Assembly: GCA_963806225.1 (NCBI GenBank)
Contig: CAWDXG010000004.1
Span: forward strand, 544,001-608,000
DNA from: an uncultured delta proteobacterium
Lineage (GTDB): Bacteria; Myxococcota_A; Polyangia; Polyangiales; Polyangiaceae
Direction of reading: 5' to 3'
DNA: 64,000 bases
Shown here: one piece after another, positions 24,171-34,566 of the stretch
Layout of the letters: each line of letters starts with the position of its first letter
Numbering within the stretch: position 1 is the first letter of the stretch
Translations under genes and position numbers: made by a program
Notes under the pieces: generated by a model
What the model was told of the DNA's origin: nothing
Databases searched by the model: none
What the model saw: only the letters and a program-made list of their open reading frames with translations

Positions 24171-24392
24171 ACCTCGCCGCTCCCGTTGCTTTCGAGTGCC
24201 ATCACAGGTTTGGAAACCACAAACGCGCCACAGTTCCCGCGCCCGTGGATCCCGCGGATCCCGTGCCTGCCGGGCGCCTGTCGCGCCGCCGCGGGGCGGA
24301 ATCCGTTGTCACGGGATTGATAAAGTGATACTGAAAAGATGGGCAAGTTGTGACTCGCCCGCTGCCCCGGTAACCCAGCGCCAGGAGCGCCC

Positions 24393-25244
24393 ATGCCCGC
24401 TATGTCTCCCTCGTCCCGCCCGCCGATGCCACGGTCGAACCGGCTGTCGGACGCTCCGGCCAGCCGGGGTCGGCGCGACTCGATGATGTCCATCGGGAAG
24501 ATGGTGGAGCCCGACGACCTCAGCGTCGTCTTCCAGCCCATCGTCGACATGGCGACCGGCGAGCTGTTCGCCTACGAGGCTCTGGTCCGCTGCCGCGTCC
24601 CCGGTCTGAAGAACCCGCTCAAGCTGTTCGAGCTCGCCGTGGAGAACCAGTGTACCGGACGCCTCGGACGGATGATCCGGGAGATCGCCATTCCGCTTTC
24701 CAGCGGGTTGCCGCTATTCGTGAACGTGCACCCCCAGGAGCTGCACGAGGGCTGGCTGGTGCGTCCGGACGATCCAGTCTTTGCCCACGATCACGAAGTG
24801 TTCCTCGAGGTCACCGAGGCGGTGCCGCTGACGCACTTCGATCTGTGCCTGAGCGTGCTGCGGGAGCTCAGGACGCGCGGAGGCGTGCATCTGGTCGTGG
24901 ACGACCTGGGTGCGGGCTACTCGAACCTGAAGAGTATCGCGGATCTGGAGCCGCGGGTGGTGAAGCTCGATCGCGATCTGGTCGCAGGGCTCGATCAGCG
25001 CCCCCGACAGCGGCAGCTCGTTCACGGCGTAGTGCGCCTGTGCAAGGATCTGGGAGCACTTGTGGTGGCTGAAGGCATCGAGACGCCCGACGAGTACAGC
25101 GCGCTGTGCGATACCGGAGCGCACTTCGGACAGGGATACCTGTTCGCGCGCCCGGCGTTTCCGATGCCGGCCATCACGTGGCCGCCGCCTGCTCCGACCC
25201 CGCGCGCTGCGAAGACCGACAGCTCCCCGCCACGTCTGTGCTGA
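24393..25244 (+). CDS. stand-alone EAL-domain c-di-GMP phosphodiesterase
   Basis: FQPIVD, EALVR, FVN, EVTE, DDLGAGYS, KLDR, AEGIE and QGYLFARP are all intact. Confidence 0.9.
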   Translation: MPAMSPSSRPPMPRSNRLSDAPASRGRRDSMMSIGKMVEPDDLSVVFQPIVDMATGELFAYEALVRCRVPGLKNPLKLFELAVENQCTGRLGRMIREIAIPLSSGLPLFVNVHPQELHEGWLVRPDDPVFAHDHEVFLEVTEAVPLTHFDLCLSVLRELRTRGGVHLVVDDLGAGYSNLKSIADLEPRVVKLDRDLVAGLDQRPRQRQLVHGVVRLCKDLGALVVAEGIETPDEYSALCDTGAHFGQGYLFARPAFPMPAITWPPPAPTPRAAKTDSSPPRLC

Positions 25245-25261
25245 TCGGAGCCGGGCCCCGC

Positions 25262-25945
25262 TCAGCGGTCTTCGCGCTCGGCTAGCGGGAGATTCTCGTG
25301 CGCCGACGAGTTGCGATCCAGGTAGTGGTACGTGTGCCGGCGGCCGTGTTTCTCCATGTGCCGCGGGCACCACAGCTCGCGTCCCTCGGTCTTGCGGCGC
25401 ACCTCCACACACGCAGGGCAAGGCGGCTCGATCTGCGGTGCGTTCGGGAGCTCCTCGCCGTAGTGATCCTTGGGTCGGACGACGAGCACCGGACAATGCG
25501 ACATGCGCATCACACCCTCGGCAACGGAGCCGAGCAGCAGCCGGCGCACGCCGCGCCTGCCGTGCGTCCCGACGACCACCATGTCGGCGTCGAGATCCGC
25601 CGCGAGCTGGGCGATCTCGTCGGCGGGTGCGCCGACGCGGACGTGCGTCACCGCTCGTTCGAAGGTGGCGGGCTGTTCCTGCTGGAACTCCGTCAGCTTC
25701 TCCTCGACGTAGTCGCGGATCTGGTCCGATGCCTCCTCGATCGAGACGGTCTTCACGTCATCCGGCAGCTCGAGGCGGAGCATGGGCCCGTACGAGCTGG
25801 CGACGTAGACGACATGGGGCTCTCCGTTGCCCTCGCGGTTGGCGAGCTCGAACGCGCGCCGCAGCGCGAGCTCACCCGTCTTCGAGAAGTCGATTCCCAC
25901 AACGATCGTGTAGCGGGCTGGCTCTGGGGGATTCTCCGTGGTCAT
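25262..25945 (-). CDS. universal stress protein with C-terminal Cys/His metal-binding extension
   Basis: IVVGIDFS, DMVVVGTHGRRG..LLGSVAE..CPVLVV, then CPAC..WCPRH..HGRRHTYH. Confidence 0.88.
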   Translation of the reverse strand: MTTENPPEPARYTIVVGIDFSKTGELALRRAFELANREGNGEPHVVYVASSYGPMLRLELPDDVKTVSIEEASDQIRDYVEEKLTEFQQEQPATFERAVTHVRVGAPADEIAQLAADLDADMVVVGTHGRRGVRRLLLGSVAEGVMRMSHCPVLVVRPKDHYGEELPNAPQIEPPCPACVEVRRKTEGRELWCPRHMEKHGRRHTYHYLDRNSSAHENLPLAEREDR

Positions 25946-26159
25946 GTTCGTCACTCCTGTATCGGGCGGGGACACGCGCGAAATCTGCCGGGCGGCCGCA
26001 CGCCCGGTGGAAGACAATATTCGGGAGCTCTGCACGCGTCGTGCCAGCTCGGTTCGAAGCTACCGCACGAGGCCTGTTGTCAATCTGCGACCTCCTCGCA
26101 GATGCGCAACCCCCGCAAAACGTGCGTTGCGGAACCGGCCCGCGCAAGCCCTGCCCCGT

Positions 26160-27167
26160 TCAGGCGGCGCAGACGAAGTGACGCCCTTCGCGGTAGCCCA
26201 TGCGATCAAGCGCGTGCCGGATCTCCGAGCGCGGGCCAGCACCCGCGACCGACACGACGATCGGCGCGGGCGGGACATCAGGCAACTGCCCGGGCGCGAT
26301 CACCTCGGCCCCGCAGATGCGCTGCCCGATGCGACCAGGGTGCAGCTCCACGATGTGGGTCGGATGGCGATCATGGCGCTCGAGCGCCCGGGCCAGCGCT
26401 TTGCCGGTCCCGCCGTAGCCCCACAGGATGTACTGCCTGCAGCCGACAAGAGGCCCGCTGGCGAGGAACTCCGCCTTGCACGCAACGATGCGCTCGATAC
26501 TGCAGCTCGCAGAGGTGCGCGACAGTCGCTCCGGATCGTCGCGCCACGACAACAGCCGCCTGGGAATCACGGCGATCGACTCTCCCGCCGCCAGCATGCG
26601 TAGAACGAGATCATAGTCCTCGGGCCAACCGCGATCGCGATAGCCGAATCGACGCAACACCGCGGCTCTCAGCGTCAGGGTCGGATGCGCAACCGGACAC
26701 TCGACGAACGCTTCGCGCCGCACGCTCCCGGGCGAATCGATCGACGCGAGCCAACGTTCATAGGCGAGCATGCCGCCTGCAAGACGCCCGCGCGGAAACA
26801 GTCGCACGTGGCTGCCGACGGCGGACAGCTCCGGCTGCCGTTCGAGCACCTCGAGCTGGCGGCGGAGCCGATCGCGGCGCATCAGATCGTCGGCGTCCAT
26901 GCGAGCCACGTAGCGCCCGCGGCACTCGGCAAGCCCGGCCTGGAGGGCAAGAACCACCCCGCGATGCGGTACTTCGAGCACCCGGAAGCGCGGATCGTTG
27001 ACTTTAGCGCAACGTGCTACCGCCCCCGTCGCGTCGACCGAACCGTCGTCCACGACAACGCACTCCCAGCGCGGCTCGTCCTGGCGCCGGACACTCTCCA
27101 GCGCAGCGGCGATCGTGGTGCCGGCGTTGTAGGCCGGGAGCAACACCGACACGAGCGGCTCGGTCAA
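26160..27167 (-). CDS. glycosyltransferase family 2
   Basis: VSVLLPAYN, VVDDGSVD, ARMDADD, HPT, PEDYDL; C-terminal LWGYG Rossmann-like segment; TTG start inferred. Confidence 0.88.
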   Translation of the reverse strand: MTEPLVSVLLPAYNAGTTIAAALESVRRQDEPRWECVVVDDGSVDATGAVARCAKVNDPRFRVLEVPHRGVVLALQAGLAECRGRYVARMDADDLMRRDRLRRQLEVLERQPELSAVGSHVRLFPRGRLAGGMLAYERWLASIDSPGSVRREAFVECPVAHPTLTLRAAVLRRFGYRDRGWPEDYDLVLRMLAAGESIAVIPRRLLSWRDDPERLSRTSASCSIERIVACKAEFLASGPLVGCRQYILWGYGGTGKALARALERHDRHPTHIVELHPGRIGQRICGAEVIAPGQLPDVPPAPIVVSVAGAGPRSEIRHALDRMGYREGRHFVCAA

Positions 27168-27178
27168 GTCATTCGCTG

Positions 27179-28085
27179 TCAGCCGAGCCGGGCGGCTTCG
27201 GCGAGCACCTCGTCGACGTGCCCCGGCACGCGTACGCCGCGCCATGCACGACGCACGATTCCCTGTTCGTCGATCAGGAAGGTGCTGCGCTGGATGCCCA
27301 TGTACTCCCGGCCGTAGTTCTGCTTCTTGACCCAGACACCGTAGGCCTGGGCAACGGTCTTGTTCTCGTCCGATAGCAGCGGGAAGTTCAGCCCGTACTT
27401 GCCGATGAAACGCTGGTGGCTCTGCCCGGAATCCGGGCTCACGCCGATGATTTCTACCCCGCCTTCGCTGAATCGGTTCAACGAGTCGCGGAACCCGCAG
27501 GCCTCCGCCGTACATCCGGGCGTGTCGTCCTTCGGATAGAAATAGAGGACGAAGGGCTTGCCGCGCAGACCCCTGCTGGAAACGCGGCGGCCCGAGGCGT
27601 CGGCCAGGTCGAAGTCGGGTGCCGGACGACCTACGTCGACTGCAGGGGCCGCGTTCGGCGCTGCCTTTTTCGCCGCGGGCTTGGCTGCCTTTTTCGCCGC
27701 GGGCTTGGCTGCCTTTTTCGCCGCGGGCTTGGCTGCCTTTTTCGTCGCGGGCTTGGCTGCCTTTTTCGCCGCGGGCTTGGCTGTCTTTTTCGCCGCGCGC
27801 TTCGCGGTCTTTTTCGCGCTGCGCTTCGCGGTCGTTTTTGCGCTGCGCTTCGCGGTCTTTTTCGCGCTGCGCTTCGCGGTCTTTTTCGCGCTGCGCTTCG
27901 CGGTCTTTTTCGCGCTGCGCTTCGCGGTCTTTTTCGCGCTGCGCTTCGCGGTCTTTTTCGCGGCTGCGCTTCGCGGTCTTCTTCGCGCTGCGCTTCGCGG
28001 TCTTCTTCGCGCTGCGCTTCGCGGTCTTCTTCGCGCTGCGCTTCTTCGCCGTCTTCCTGCTTGTCGTCCGCTTTCCTGCAGCCAT
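27179..28085 (-). CDS. bcp: Bcp/PrxQ peroxiredoxin with N-terminal histone-H1-like Lys/Ala repeat (apparent frameshift near 27962)
   Basis: Prx domain APDFDL..LYFYPKDDTPGCTAEACGFRD..RSTFLID is in frame with upstream AKKTAKRS/AKPAAKKA repeats; one extra base separates these from the ATG at 28085. Confidence 0.85.
27660..28050. repeat. 24-bp coding tandem repeat (about 16 units)
   Basis: Units gcggtctttttcgcgctgcgcttc and gctgcctttttcgccgcgggcttg. Confidence 0.95.
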
Positions 28086-28152
28086 CTAGCTACCTCCGCT
28101 GGGGGCCCCGAGAAGGGCTCATCCTCCCCGTCGAGTCAAGGCCGTTGTCGGC

Positions 28153-29046
28153 TCACGAGGCGCTCGATACCGCGGTCGGCGCCCGGCTCTGCTCGCCCAG
28201 CGCATCGATGAGTGCGCTCCACATCGCACGGATGCGCCAGAACCGCCTCGCCGGGTCGACGGCCAGCACCTGTCGGACCCAGTTGTCGACGTCTTGCGAC
28301 AGGTCCGGGCGCAACGCGCACAGGCTCGGCCGGGGCGCCGTCGTGACCAGCTCGAGCTTCTCGCGCACGGTCGCGCCTTCGAAAGGCACCCGGCCCGCCA
28401 GGGCGCGGAACACGATGGCTCCCAACGAATAGATGTCCACGCGCTGATCCAGCAGCGCTGGCTCGCCAGCCCACACCTCGGGCGCGATATAGCTCGGCGA
28501 ACCGATGATCATCCCGCTGCGGGTGAGCGGCGCTGCGGACTTGAGCTTGGCCAGCCCGAAGTCGAGCAGCCGCACCCCGCCCCCACGACGGGGATCGATC
28601 AAATAGATGTTCCCCGGCTTCAGGTCGCGATGCACGATCCCCGCATCGTGCGCCGCTTCCAGCGTGTCCACGATGGGAGACAACACCTCGACCAGCTCGT
28701 CGACGCCCATGCGCTCGCCGCGCGCTTCCAGCTTCGGCAGATAGTCATCCAGGTCGTCGCCCTCGAGCAGCTCCATGACCAGGCACAGCGCGCCGTGCGG
28801 GCTGGTACACATGCCGAGCACGCGCACCGCAGCGGTACCGCGAAGCGCGTGGGTCGCCCGCTGCTCGCGGACCATCCGCACCGTGTACTCCGGATCGCCG
28901 GCGACGCTATCGTGCAGCATCTTCACAGCCACATTGCGGTCGGTAACGCGATCGTAGGCGCGGAACACGACGCTATGACCGCCACGCCCGATCACCTCTC
29001 CGAGCTCGTAGCGCCCGGCAACGACTTCGCCGGTCAATCCGGACAT
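28153..29046 (-). CDS. Hanks-type Ser/Thr protein kinase (kinase domain only)
   Basis: IGRGGHSVV, VAVK, HRDLKPGN, DFG, YIAPE, DIYSLG. Confidence 0.93.
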   Translation of the reverse strand: MSGLTGEVVAGRYELGEVIGRGGHSVVFRAYDRVTDRNVAVKMLHDSVAGDPEYTVRMVREQRATHALRGTAAVRVLGMCTSPHGALCLVMELLEGDDLDDYLPKLEARGERMGVDELVEVLSPIVDTLEAAHDAGIVHRDLKPGNIYLIDPRRGGGVRLLDFGLAKLKSAAPLTRSGMIIGSPSYIAPEVWAGEPALLDQRVDIYSLGAIVFRALAGRVPFEGATVREKLELVTTAPRPSLCALRPDLSQDVDNWVRQVLAVDPARRFWRIRAMWSALIDALGEQSRAPTAVSSAS

Positions 29047-29250
29047 GCTGGGGGCGAGGAAGGCATTCGACAGAGGGCCAGGAGAGGCGCGGGAAGTGTC
29101 AACCCATACCCAGCTGTCGGCGCGTTTCAAGCGTCTCGTCGGCCGGAGCTGTTCTGGCCGGGGATTCGTGCGCCCGGCTCCGGGTCCTTGACACACCCGC
29201 CGCCCCTCCCTACGCCCCCGGGGTTCCCCGCTTCCCGAAAGGAGCCTCTC

Positions 29251-30277
29251 ATGGACTACCGCCCGCTTGGCCACAGCGGCCTCAAGGTCTCATCGCTCTG
29301 CCTCGGAGCGATGACGTTCGGCGAAGCCGACGAGAACTCGTTCATGCACCAGGTCGGTGCCGACAAGAAGACGTCGATGGACATCATGAACGCCGCTCTC
29401 GACGAGGGGATCAACTTCATCGACACCGCGGACGTCTACGGCCAGGACGGCCTGAGCGAGCGCATCATCGGCAAGTGGTTCGAGAAGGACGGCCGCCGCG
29501 ACGAGGTCGTGCTGGCCACGAAGTTCCGGTTCCGCATGGGCGAGGGCCCGAACAGCACCGGCGCATCGCGCTTCCGCATCGTCAAGACGGTCGAGAAGAG
29601 CCTCAAGCGGCTCAAGACAGACCGTATCGATCTCTACCAGATCCACATGCAGGACATCACCACGCCGGAAGAGGAGACCCTGCGGGCGCTCGACGACCTG
29701 GTGCGCGCGGGCAAGGTGCTCTACCTCGGCGCCAGCAACTACGCCGCCTATCGCCTGGTCGACAGCCTGTGGCTGAGCCGCAGCGAGCACCTGGAACGGT
29801 TCGTCTCGCTCCAGGCGCAGTACAGCCTGGTCGTGCGCGACCTGGAGCGCGAGCACGTGCCGGTGTGCGAGAATTACGGGCTGGGCCTCTTGCCCTGGTC
29901 GCCGCTTGCCGGCGGATTCCTCAGCGGCAAGTACTCGCGCGGGCAGGCGCCGCCCGGAGGGGCGCGCCTGGAAAAGTGGAAGGACCGCTACAGCCGCTTC
30001 GACAACGATCGGAACTGGCGCATCATCGATGCGGTCCGCGCGGTCGCCGGCGAAGTCGGACGCGACGCCGGCGCAGGTGTCGCTCGCGTGGCTTCTCGCG
30101 CGCCCAGCCGTTACGTCTGTCATCTTCGGGGCGCGCTCGGTCGACCAGGTCCGCGACAACCTGAAGGCCGCCGAGGTGACGCTCGAGCCGAAGCACATGC
30201 AGGCGCTGGACGAGGCGAGCCAATTCGAGCTCGGCTATCCGTACGACTTCATGAAGAACGTGCAGGGACGCTGGTAG
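29251..30277 (+). CDS. aldo/keto reductase (apparent +1 frameshift near 30058)
   Basis: LCLGAMTFG, DTADVY, LATK, DRIDLYQIH, WSPLAGG; C-terminus TPAQVSLAWLL..IFGAR lies in the next frame. Confidence 0.9.
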
Positions 30278-30287
30278 CGGCCCCGGG

Positions 30288-31442
30288 CTACTTCGTCGAC
30301 AGCTGGATCTGCCCGGTCTTGACGTAGCGCTGCTGCGCCGTCGGACCGGTGAGATAGTCGTCGTAGGCGGCGTCCCCACGCAGGTACCGCTCGAAGAACG
30401 CGATCGTGTAGGAATACGCGATGCCGACAAGCTGCGCGTGCGGCACAGTCGCCGGCTTGCAGAAGCTGCACGTCAGCCCGCAGCTGGACGGATCGTCCAG
30501 GAAGCTCATGTGGTTTGCGCCATTCAGCGTGACCTCGATGCTCGGGGCCGCCGCGCTGGCGAAGAACGTCTGGTAGTTGTCCGCTTTGGGCGCGCACGCC
30601 TGGCCGCCAACCCCCGCGGTGGAGTCCGTCATCTCGCCCAGGAAAGCCGTCGGGATCGGCAGCGGCAGCTTGTTGCTCGCGTCCGGGCAGTCTGTCGGAT
30701 TGCAGAACATCGACGAGTCGACCGGATCGAGCCCCACCAGCACCTTGAAGCGCGCGTCCATACTGGCAGCGAGCACCGCCAGCTTCCCTCCGAGCGAGTG
30801 GCCCGCCACGCCCGCACGCGAGCCGTCGACCCGCGCCGCGAGCGGGCTGCCGCTCGATTTGGAAGCCGCAATCGCCCAGTCCAGTGCGCCGATCAGATCC
30901 TTCGCATTCGCGACGTTGTTCACCTGCGTCAGGCTCGCCGGATAGTCCACCGCACAGGCGACGAAGCCGAAGCCCGCCAGCCGCTCGGCGTAGCCGTAGT
31001 ACTGGCTCGCCGGCAGCTGGAAGCCGTGGGCGATGATGACCAGCGGATACGGAGGCTTGCCGGGACCGCTCGTGGGGAAGTAGCAGCGCGAAGGCATGCT
31101 GTGCTGGGTTGCCGCCACCGGGATCGTCACATCCGCATGGTCGCTGGCGTAGGGGCCGGGTTTGGACGGATCAGCCGCCGCTGCACCGGCGGCGCCCGCG
31201 CCGCCATCCGAGGAGCTACCGCCAGCGGAGCTGCCGCCGGCGGAACTGCCGCCCGCGGAACTGCCGCCCGCGGAGCTGCCCGCGGCTCCAGCCGAGCTCC
31301 CTGCGGCGCCTCCCGCTGCGACGCCCGCGGCACCGCCCGCGGCGGCTCCGCCGGCTCCGGCGCTTGCTCCAGGGTCACCACTCTGTGCCGAACCGCACGC
31401 CGACAGACACACGATTCCCAGCAAGCTCCACAGGGCTTTCAT
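30288..31442 (-). CDS. chlorophyllase/cutinase-like alpha/beta hydrolase lipoprotein
   Basis: LSAC lipobox, GGSSA linker repeats, HGF oxyanion motif, GHSLGG nucleophile, LDPVD, ANHMSFLD. Confidence 0.85.
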   Translation of the reverse strand: MKALWSLLGIVCLSACGSAQSGDPGASAGAGGAAAGGAAGVAAGGAAGSSAGAAGSSAGGSSAGGSSAGGSSAGGSSSDGGAGAAGAAAADPSKPGPYASDHADVTIPVAATQHSMPSRCYFPTSGPGKPPYPLVIIAHGFQLPASQYYGYAERLAGFGFVACAVDYPASLTQVNNVANAKDLIGALDWAIAASKSSGSPLAARVDGSRAGVAGHSLGGKLAVLAASMDARFKVLVGLDPVDSSMFCNPTDCPDASNKLPLPIPTAFLGEMTDSTAGVGGQACAPKADNYQTFFASAAAPSIEVTLNGANHMSFLDDPSSCGLTCSFCKPATVPHAQLVGIAYSYTIAFFERYLRGDAAYDDYLTGPTAQQRYVKTGQIQLSTK

Positions 31443-32215
31443 CGCCGCCTCCTCACCGGGCGCTTGCGCGGCCGGTCCTGCTTTCCGGCTTCCCCGCCGG
31501 TTTCGTTGGCTTCCCGCACCAGTTGCTCGAGCGTCGGCAGCAGCATCTTGCGCCGGATGAGCAACACCAGCCGCTCGCTGAGCGAGGTAGCCGCCCCGGT
31601 GATGCGATCCAGATCGTCGCCCGCCAGCGGCATCACGCCCGCCCGGAACATGGATAGCTCCACGCGCACCAGCTCGCGGATCGCACGCGCGTAGTCCTCG
31701 AGGATCGCCGTCGGCAGCATCTCGGCGCGGATGCCGGCACGGCGCGCTGCCCCGAGCGTGCGCAGCAGCGCGAGATCGTCCCCCGAGATGCGCTGCTCCG
31801 GCCCGTCCGGCGTCACGAGCCCCAGCGACTGCAACCAGTCCAGGTCCTGGCCGCGCACGCCCTGGGCGAGGAGCTCGGCGCGCGTACGCCCCGCCTCGGG
31901 GCTGTTCTGGGCGAGGACGCGCGCGATGGCCTGGGCGGTGGTCTGGTCGTCGTCGACCCCACTGGCGCCGTCCAGCACATTCTTGATCACCGAGAGCGGC
32001 AGGAAATGCTCGCGCTGCAGCTGCTTGATGGCCCGGATACGGCCAACCAGCGAAGCGTCGTACCAGGCCATGTTGCGGCCGCTGCGCCGCACGGGCCCAG
32101 GCAACAGGCCCTCGCGCAGGTAGTGCTTGATGGTGGCCGCCGGCACGCCGCTGCGCCGCGACAGCGTCGCCATCTTCACCAGCTCGGGGTCGCGCTCTGA
32201 CGCTCCGGATTCCAT
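31439..32215 (-). CDS. MerR-family transcriptional regulator
   Basis: LSRRSGVPAATIKHYLREGLL..Y..RIRAIKQLQ..LPLSVIK; its stop overlaps the hydrolase start. Confidence 0.88.
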   Translation of the reverse strand: MESGASERDPELVKMATLSRRSGVPAATIKHYLREGLLPGPVRRSGRNMAWYDASLVGRIRAIKQLQREHFLPLSVIKNVLDGASGVDDDQTTAQAIARVLAQNSPEAGRTRAELLAQGVRGQDLDWLQSLGLVTPDGPEQRISGDDLALLRTLGAARRAGIRAEMLPTAILEDYARAIRELVRVELSMFRAGVMPLAGDDLDRITGAATSLSERLVLLIRRKMLLPTLEQLVREANETGGEAGKQDRPRKRPVRRRR

Positions 32216-32300
32216 AGAAGTAGGAAGTTGAACTTTCTACTTGCTATACGGGGCCGGCGTTGGCGTCAAGCCCCGAAAGCGGGCCGGCACCCTGTCCCGG

Positions 32301-33725
32301 CTATTCGAGAAGCACGGCCGCCTGGTACTTCGTCTGGCTCGACGAATAGAACGGCGAGGCCGAGATCTTCACGTAGTAGGTCCCGGCCGAGGGCAGAGCG
32401 CTGCTCAGCCAGTTCTCGTGGTACGCGGCGTCGCCGCTGGGCCCGCCCAGACTCGTGGTGCCATCGCTCTGGAACACCTCGACCAGCGTATCGGTCTGCG
32501 GGTCGCCGGGCATCGTGATCACGTGCAGGGCCTTGCCCACGTCCGCCGCAGTGGCGGTCACCGCGATCCAGTCCTCGTCGCTCGCCGACGACAGCGACGC
32601 ATTCGTCATGACAAAGGGCAGCGAAGCGGCCGTCTGTGCCTGCGCCGACGTGTCGTTCGGCTCGGCCTCGTCGGCGCCCGTCGCCGCAGTGGAGTCCGCG
32701 CGCAGCGTCGCCGTGTACCCCGACGCGCCACTGTTGTCCCACACGACAACGTTCAGCTTGGCTGTCGAGTTGGAGGTCAGCACAACATCCTGGCCGAGGC
32801 CGAGCAGCTCGCTGAAGTGCCCGCTTTCTGGCATCACGAACACCTGCGGATTGGCCGAGCTGTTCAGCGTCTTTGCGCTCAGCTCGATCAGGTTCAAGCC
32901 GGACCCGGGCGGCGTCACGCTGTAGATCTCCGACGCGTACGGGTCCTTCAGGTCCACGCTCTGGTCCTGGCCCAGCGCTAGTGATTTCGGCGTGCGTGCG
33001 GCCACGTCGAGCGCCGACGGATTCGCGAAGTTCTCCCGGCTGCCCCCCGCCGGTCCGCTCAGCACGTCGAGCTTCGTCTTTTCGGCGGGTTGATCCAGGT
33101 CGATCAAGAGCAGCGTATCGACCGCGTACGGCTGGGCCGACTGGAGCTGCGAGGTCACGCCCTGTTCGGTGCTTATTTCCAGGTTCGGATAGCTGATCGG
33201 TGTGAACAGGCCGTCGCCCGTCGTCGTCGCGTCGAAGGGGCGCGCGAAGTCCAGATCCTGCACTTTCGCCAGCAGGATCGAGCCCTGGGTCAGCGTACCC
33301 TGGACCGACACCGCCGTGGCCGGATCGACGCTGAACGCCCCCGTGTAGGTCAGCGTGCTGCCGCCGTCGGTAATCTTCACGTCGCGGGGCCCCGGCGTTG
33401 CGTCGTACGCGACGCTGACATGCGCCACGATTGCCGTCGGGCTCGCGACCTGGATGGAGTCGACGCTCACGCCCGCACCGAAGTCCGCCTGCGCGGCGTC
33501 CGTCCAGCTGGTCGCGAAACCGCTGATGGTGATCGTCGCAGAGCCGCCGAGGAACGCCGAGGAAGGCACGACTGCGCTGACACTCGGATCGCCGCCGGGC
33601 CCGCTAGGCCCCTGCGGCCCGGCGTCGCCCTGTGGCCCCTGCCTGCCGGGGGCACCGTCCGCGCCGGAACATCCCGAAAGCCCGGCTACTACGATCAGCG
33701 CGGCGACAAACCAGATCCTGTCCAT
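32301..33725 (-). CDS. surface lipoprotein with collagen-like, IPT/TIG-like and PPC-like domains
   Basis: LSGC, Gly-X-Y triplets, PSVSAVVP, EAEPNDT..DEDW..GTYYVKI. Confidence 0.75.
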   Translation of the reverse strand: MDRIWFVAALIVVAGLSGCSGADGAPGRQGPQGDAGPQGPSGPGGDPSVSAVVPSSAFLGGSATITISGFATSWTDAAQADFGAGVSVDSIQVASPTAIVAHVSVAYDATPGPRDVKITDGGSTLTYTGAFSVDPATAVSVQGTLTQGSILLAKVQDLDFARPFDATTTGDGLFTPISYPNLEISTEQGVTSQLQSAQPYAVDTLLLIDLDQPAEKTKLDVLSGPAGGSRENFANPSALDVAARTPKSLALGQDQSVDLKDPYASEIYSVTPPGSGLNLIELSAKTLNSSANPQVFVMPESGHFSELLGLGQDVVLTSNSTAKLNVVVWDNSGASGYTATLRADSTAATGADEAEPNDTSAQAQTAASLPFVMTNASLSSASDEDWIAVTATAADVGKALHVITMPGDPQTDTLVEVFQSDGTTSLGGPSGDAAYHENWLSSALPSAGTYYVKISASPFYSSSQTKYQAAVLLE

Positions 33726-33762
33726 GTGTCTCCTCCCTCCGCGAAGGTTCGAGCCGCCACGC

Positions 33763-34467
33763 CTACTGCACGTTGATCTTGGCGCGCATGATCCAGTCCC
33801 CCTTGACCCCGAGCGTGCCGGCCTCGACCCATTGGCCTCCCGTGTAGATCCAGTTCGTCTTCGGGGTGATGCCGTCGGTATCGGAACCGATCGACGGCGG
33901 GCCGCTGTGGGAATTCTGGCACATCGCGATCGCGAAGGGGGTCCCGTTGCGCGCGGGAACGCCGAGGCTGTCGAGCGGGATCTCGCTGAGGACGTCCGAC
34001 GCGCCGGTGATCGTCGCGCCCATGCTGCCGAGTTTGTTGGTGGGTTTGCCGCCGGAGTCGACATCCCACACCGACACGTCGAACTGGACGTTGCCGGCGT
34101 CTCCGCCGCCCACGAGCACCAGGACGCTGCTTACCTGGTAGCCGCAGGCAGCCGGCACGTAGGTCGACGCCCAGCACTCGCCCTGCGCGAAGCCGCCCTG
34201 GAAGGCGACCTGCCCTTTGTGATCGAAGCCGTCGTTCCGCAGCGTCGTGGCCCCTGGCGCACAGCCGCCATCCGCGCCGCCGCTGCCCGCGGTGCCTCCA
34301 GACGCCGTGCCACCGCTGCCCGCGGCGCCGCCGGACGCGTCCGCGTGGGACCCGCCGCTGCCGCCGCCGGCCGGGGCGCCGCTACCGGAGGAGCTGCTGC
34401 AGGCGAGCGGAACGAACGTGAGCAGCGCACCGAGCGCTGCCGCCAGAGCCACGAAGCGGCGAGCCAT
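33763..34467 (-). CDS. hypothetical lipoprotein
   Basis: PLAC lipobox, Gly/Ser linker, C-terminal GDWIMRA beta domain. Confidence 0.7.
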   Translation of the reverse strand: MARRFVALAAALGALLTFVPLACSSSSGSGAPAGGGSGGSHADASGGAAGSGGTASGGTAGSGGADGGCAPGATTLRNDGFDHKGQVAFQGGFAQGECWASTYVPAACGYQVSSVLVLVGGGDAGNVQFDVSVWDVDSGGKPTNKLGSMGATITGASDVLSEIPLDSLGVPARNGTPFAIAMCQNSHSGPPSIGSDTDGITPKTNWIYTGGQWVEAGTLGVKGDWIMRAKINVQ

Positions 34468-34566
34468 GGGCTGGATGGTCGCCGACGCCGCAACGCCGCG
34501 TCAATCCCGGCCGTATGCGGGCCGGCGGGCCGAGGCGACCCGGTTCGTGGAGAGCGGCAGTCGGGC

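Noticed and set aside
26160..28085. 641-aa ORF implying a histone-like/glycosyltransferase fusion
   Set aside because: Artefact of the extra base near 27962; the repeat tail is in frame with Bcp, and the GT2 starts separately near 27167.
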